Shown piece by piece: positions 61,211 through 64,000 of a stretch of DNA of 64,000 nucleotides; position 1 is the stretch's first letter; each line of letters opens with the position of its first letter. The stretch is taken from assembly GCA_013265495.1 (NCBI GenBank), contig MU061578.1, forward strand, positions 2,551,308 through 2,615,307, written 5' to 3'. A model generated the notes under the pieces. The model saw only the letters and a list, made by a program, of their open reading frames with translations, was not told the origin of the DNA and made no database searches. The position numbers and the translations under genes were made by a program. Source of the stretch: Vicugna vicugna (Eukaryota).

Positions 61211-61884
61211 AAGATGAAATTAGCAGATAGTGCCCAATGGCAGAAAACTTTCTTGTATTTTCCCTCCCCGCTGCCATTGGCTGCCAGATATCATAATCAT
61301 CAAGGCTGCCTGGCTTTGAATTAACAGACTGTTTCAAAACATTTCTCCTTTTAATGGAAATGGATTGCCTCTGCTCAACAAACATGTCTACAGATATCAG
61401 AGAAGCTACAGCCCTTTGAAATCTAGCCAGGAAAAGTGCGGACAGTCTGCCTTCCTTTTTCTGTGATATAAGGCCCAGAATGGGGCTAGAGGACATGACA
61501 TCAGGAGGTCTGTCTGGTCACAGCAAATCTGGAATGGCAGAGGATGGGGAACGTACTTATTGAACAAATAAATGTAACAGAAACACTGTCTTCCTGAAGT
61601 TCCTGTAACTTCTATTCTCAACTGTACAGATGGGGCTCAAAGTAATTGTAAGGGACTTGGAAATTTATTTTGTTATTTTTGGTGCTAATAAGACCTTTTT
61701 TGCATAAGCCTCTCTGAGTCTGTCTGATGGTAGAATGACCCGACTCCTGTGTATACACCAAGTCTTCTAAAGTTTGAGGCTCTCCTTGTCACATTCTGTC
61801 TCTGAATTTACATTACACCAGGACCCTGGGGGGCCCAGCTCCAAGAGCACAGTGAGCCTTGGAAAATAGAAAAGGTTAAAGGGG

Positions 61885-62635
61885 TTACACACCTGTTAAT
61901 ATGGCTAAATAAAATACTGACAATGCTATTACACACCTGTTAGAATGGTTAAAATAAAATACTGACAATACCAAGTGTTGGCAAGGAAGTGGAGCAGCTG
62001 GAATTCTCATTCGTCACTGATGGGAGTGTAAAATGATACAGCTACTCTGGAAAATAGTTTAACATTTCTTCCTAAAGTTAAATACACACTTACAAATGGG
62101 ACCTAGCAATTCCACTCATAGATATTTACCCTAGAGAAATGAAAATTTATGTTTATATAGGAACTTGAACATGAATGTTTAAAGCAGCATAATACACAAT
62201 TGCCAAAAACTGGAAACAAACCCAAATGACTGTCACTGGGTGAATGGATAAACAAACTGTGGTACATCCAAACAACAGAGTAAGAAAGAACTACTGATAT
62301 GTTCAAAAACTCAAATGCATCTCAAAAGTGTTATGCTAAGGAAAGAAAGTAGTCTGAAAAGGTTTACATATTGTATGATTTCATTTATAGGGCATTCTCA
62401 AAAGGACAAAACAACAGGGGCAGAAAGATCAGTGGTTGTCAGAGGTTAGGGCTGTGGGAGAGGCATGACTACAAAGGGGTGCACTAGGGAATTCTAGGCA
62501 TGATGGAGCTGTTCTGTATCCTGACTGTGGTGGTAGATACATAAATCTATACATATGTTAAATTACATAGAACAGTACACCCTCCCAAAAAAAAACAAAA
62601 GTAAAATTTACTGTGCATTAATTTTAAAATGAATG
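61885..62635 (+). mobile_element. L1MB/L1MC-type ORF2 end and 3' UTR
   Basis: actgacaataccaagtgttggcaagga...ggagcagctggaattctcatt...gacctagcaattccactc...tgaatggataaacaaactgtggtacatcca...agatcagtggttgtcag. Confidence 0.9.
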
Positions 62636-63518
62636 TGGTGGAAATTTCACTGAATTGGACTAAATTTAGTTTTCACACAACTGTGCAGAAATAGGATCTT
62701 GTCAAATAAAAGTGCAGATACAAAGAATCAAGTGAGTCTCATGTTCCCACATGAGTCAGAGCCATGACTGTAAATTGAAACTTTGACAAGCAGTTGGGAA
62801 AGGGGTTGGGGGGAGGGTATGGAGCTCCTGCCACTGGTCCAGGGCCCCAGGTGCTAGGCAGAGGACTCTGCACTCAGCAAAGAGACAATAATCAAGGGAG
62901 CGTGTGTGTGCAGATCTGCCTGGTCTCCTTGGTGAGTCTCACCTGAGAAAGAGTACAGGAATGGGAAAGCACTTTGAAAACCATTAAGTGCTGTACAAAT
63001 GCAATGTGACAGGGTCCATAAAAATAATACAGTGTCTATCAGTATCACAAGACTCAATATCTACTGCAGGGGTTCAGACTAAACCCAGCCCGGACTCAGA
63101 TCCCATCACACCTGATACCCCACGCATTTATCCCCTGGCTGTGTCACAGGGACGCTGGTGATGGCAGGTCCTCACGGGTCCATCAGCACGGCTACGCGTG
63201 AGTGGCTGTACAGGATCAGGTTTTGTGCAGAAATGTTGGCTTCTGAAGCCCAGCATGGCTTATTAACATACAAATAACTGAGGTTTACTTTTCAGACCTT
63301 CCAGCTCAGCCATGCTAATGAAGCTATTGCTTTAAAAGTCCATCTCCTCTGAAATGTCTAATTAATCCGATGCTCACAAAGGTGCACAGAACAATGCATC
63401 TGCCCAGCCCAGTGGGGCGGAGAGAACAGGCAAGGCTGCTGATGCAGGGCCAGATGTTTCGGATGCCAGGGGACCCGACAATTAACGTGAGTGAGGCAGG
63501 AGGGGAGGGCTTTTCCAG

Positions 63519-63755
63519 CAGTGATTTTCAAACTGCAGGCTATGACCCATTCACAGGTTGTGAAATCAATTCAGGAGGTCACGACAAACAGCTCTTTTTA
63601 ATTAAATGGAAAAATAGGAAGGGGGAGAGAAAGGAATGAAATAATGCGAATTGCATATAGTGAAGTTAAGTACCATGTGAAGTTGTACCCTATATACATT
63701 TATATGTTTCACACATATGCATGGACTGAGTTACCAATAAAATGGATTTTTTATA
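63519..63755 (+). mobile_element. hAT-Charlie MITE (MER112/Charlie4-like)
   Basis: cagtgattttcaaactgcaggctatgacccatt...gtgaaatcaatt...ggtcacgac. Confidence 0.65.

Positions 63756-63756
<1 letters not shown>

Positions 63757-63779
<23 letters not shown>
63757..63779. repeat. (AC)11 microsatellite
   Basis: Seen directly. Confidence 0.95.
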
Positions 63780-63786
<7 letters not shown>

Positions 63787-63799
63787 GCATTTGGTCATA

Positions 63800-63980
63800 T
63801 GCCAAGATTTCTCTAAGTATTTTGAAAACATTAAACCATTTGATCTTTGTAAGTTAGATATTTCTATTGCATTTTATGGTTTGGGAAACTGAGGCACAGA
63901 AAGGTAGAATGACATGCCAAAGGACACACAGCTAGCAGATGGGGATTCAAGTCTGTCTGACTTCAGATCTCACAATCTCC
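63800..63980 (-). mobile_element. MIR SINE
   Basis: cattttat...ggaaactgaggcacagaaaggt...tgac...aaggacacacagctag...gtctgtctgact. Confidence 0.85.
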
Positions 63981-64000
63981 AACAAAACCCCAGGTCTCAA

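Overview
Mammalian non-coding genomic DNA, almost certainly camelid. The evidence is one vic-1-like tRNA-derived SINE, camelid-type L1 3' ends, and no Alu, B1, Bov-tA, PRE-1 or CAN-SINE. I recognise no protein-coding exon. The only ORFs with a recognisable product (1590-1835, 22240-22494) are LINE-1 ORF2 C-terminal fragments inside truncated L1 copies. Much of the window is decayed interspersed repeat: MIR, L2, L1M, MaLR MLT1, ERVL LTR16/33 and hAT MITEs (MER5/20/45/58/81/103). Between them are repeat-poor islands that look like cis-regulatory DNA, so the window is probably a long intron or intergenic region. I found no evidence of a new biological system. The most interesting items are a TATA/E-box/bZIP promoter-like island (6.7-7.1 kb), a strong CTCF motif (42.2 kb), an unexplained ~130-bp dispersed duplicate (47.1/48.4 kb), a near-perfect 132-bp tandem duplication (31 kb) and a recursive-splice-like AG|GT site (62.9 kb). 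There are also mechanistic fossils of retrotransposition: two twin-primed inverted L1s, an apparently endonuclease-independent L1 insertion, and a possible quasi-palindrome correction. Repeat family names come from my recollection of consensus sequences, not from a search, and boundaries of old repeats are approximate.
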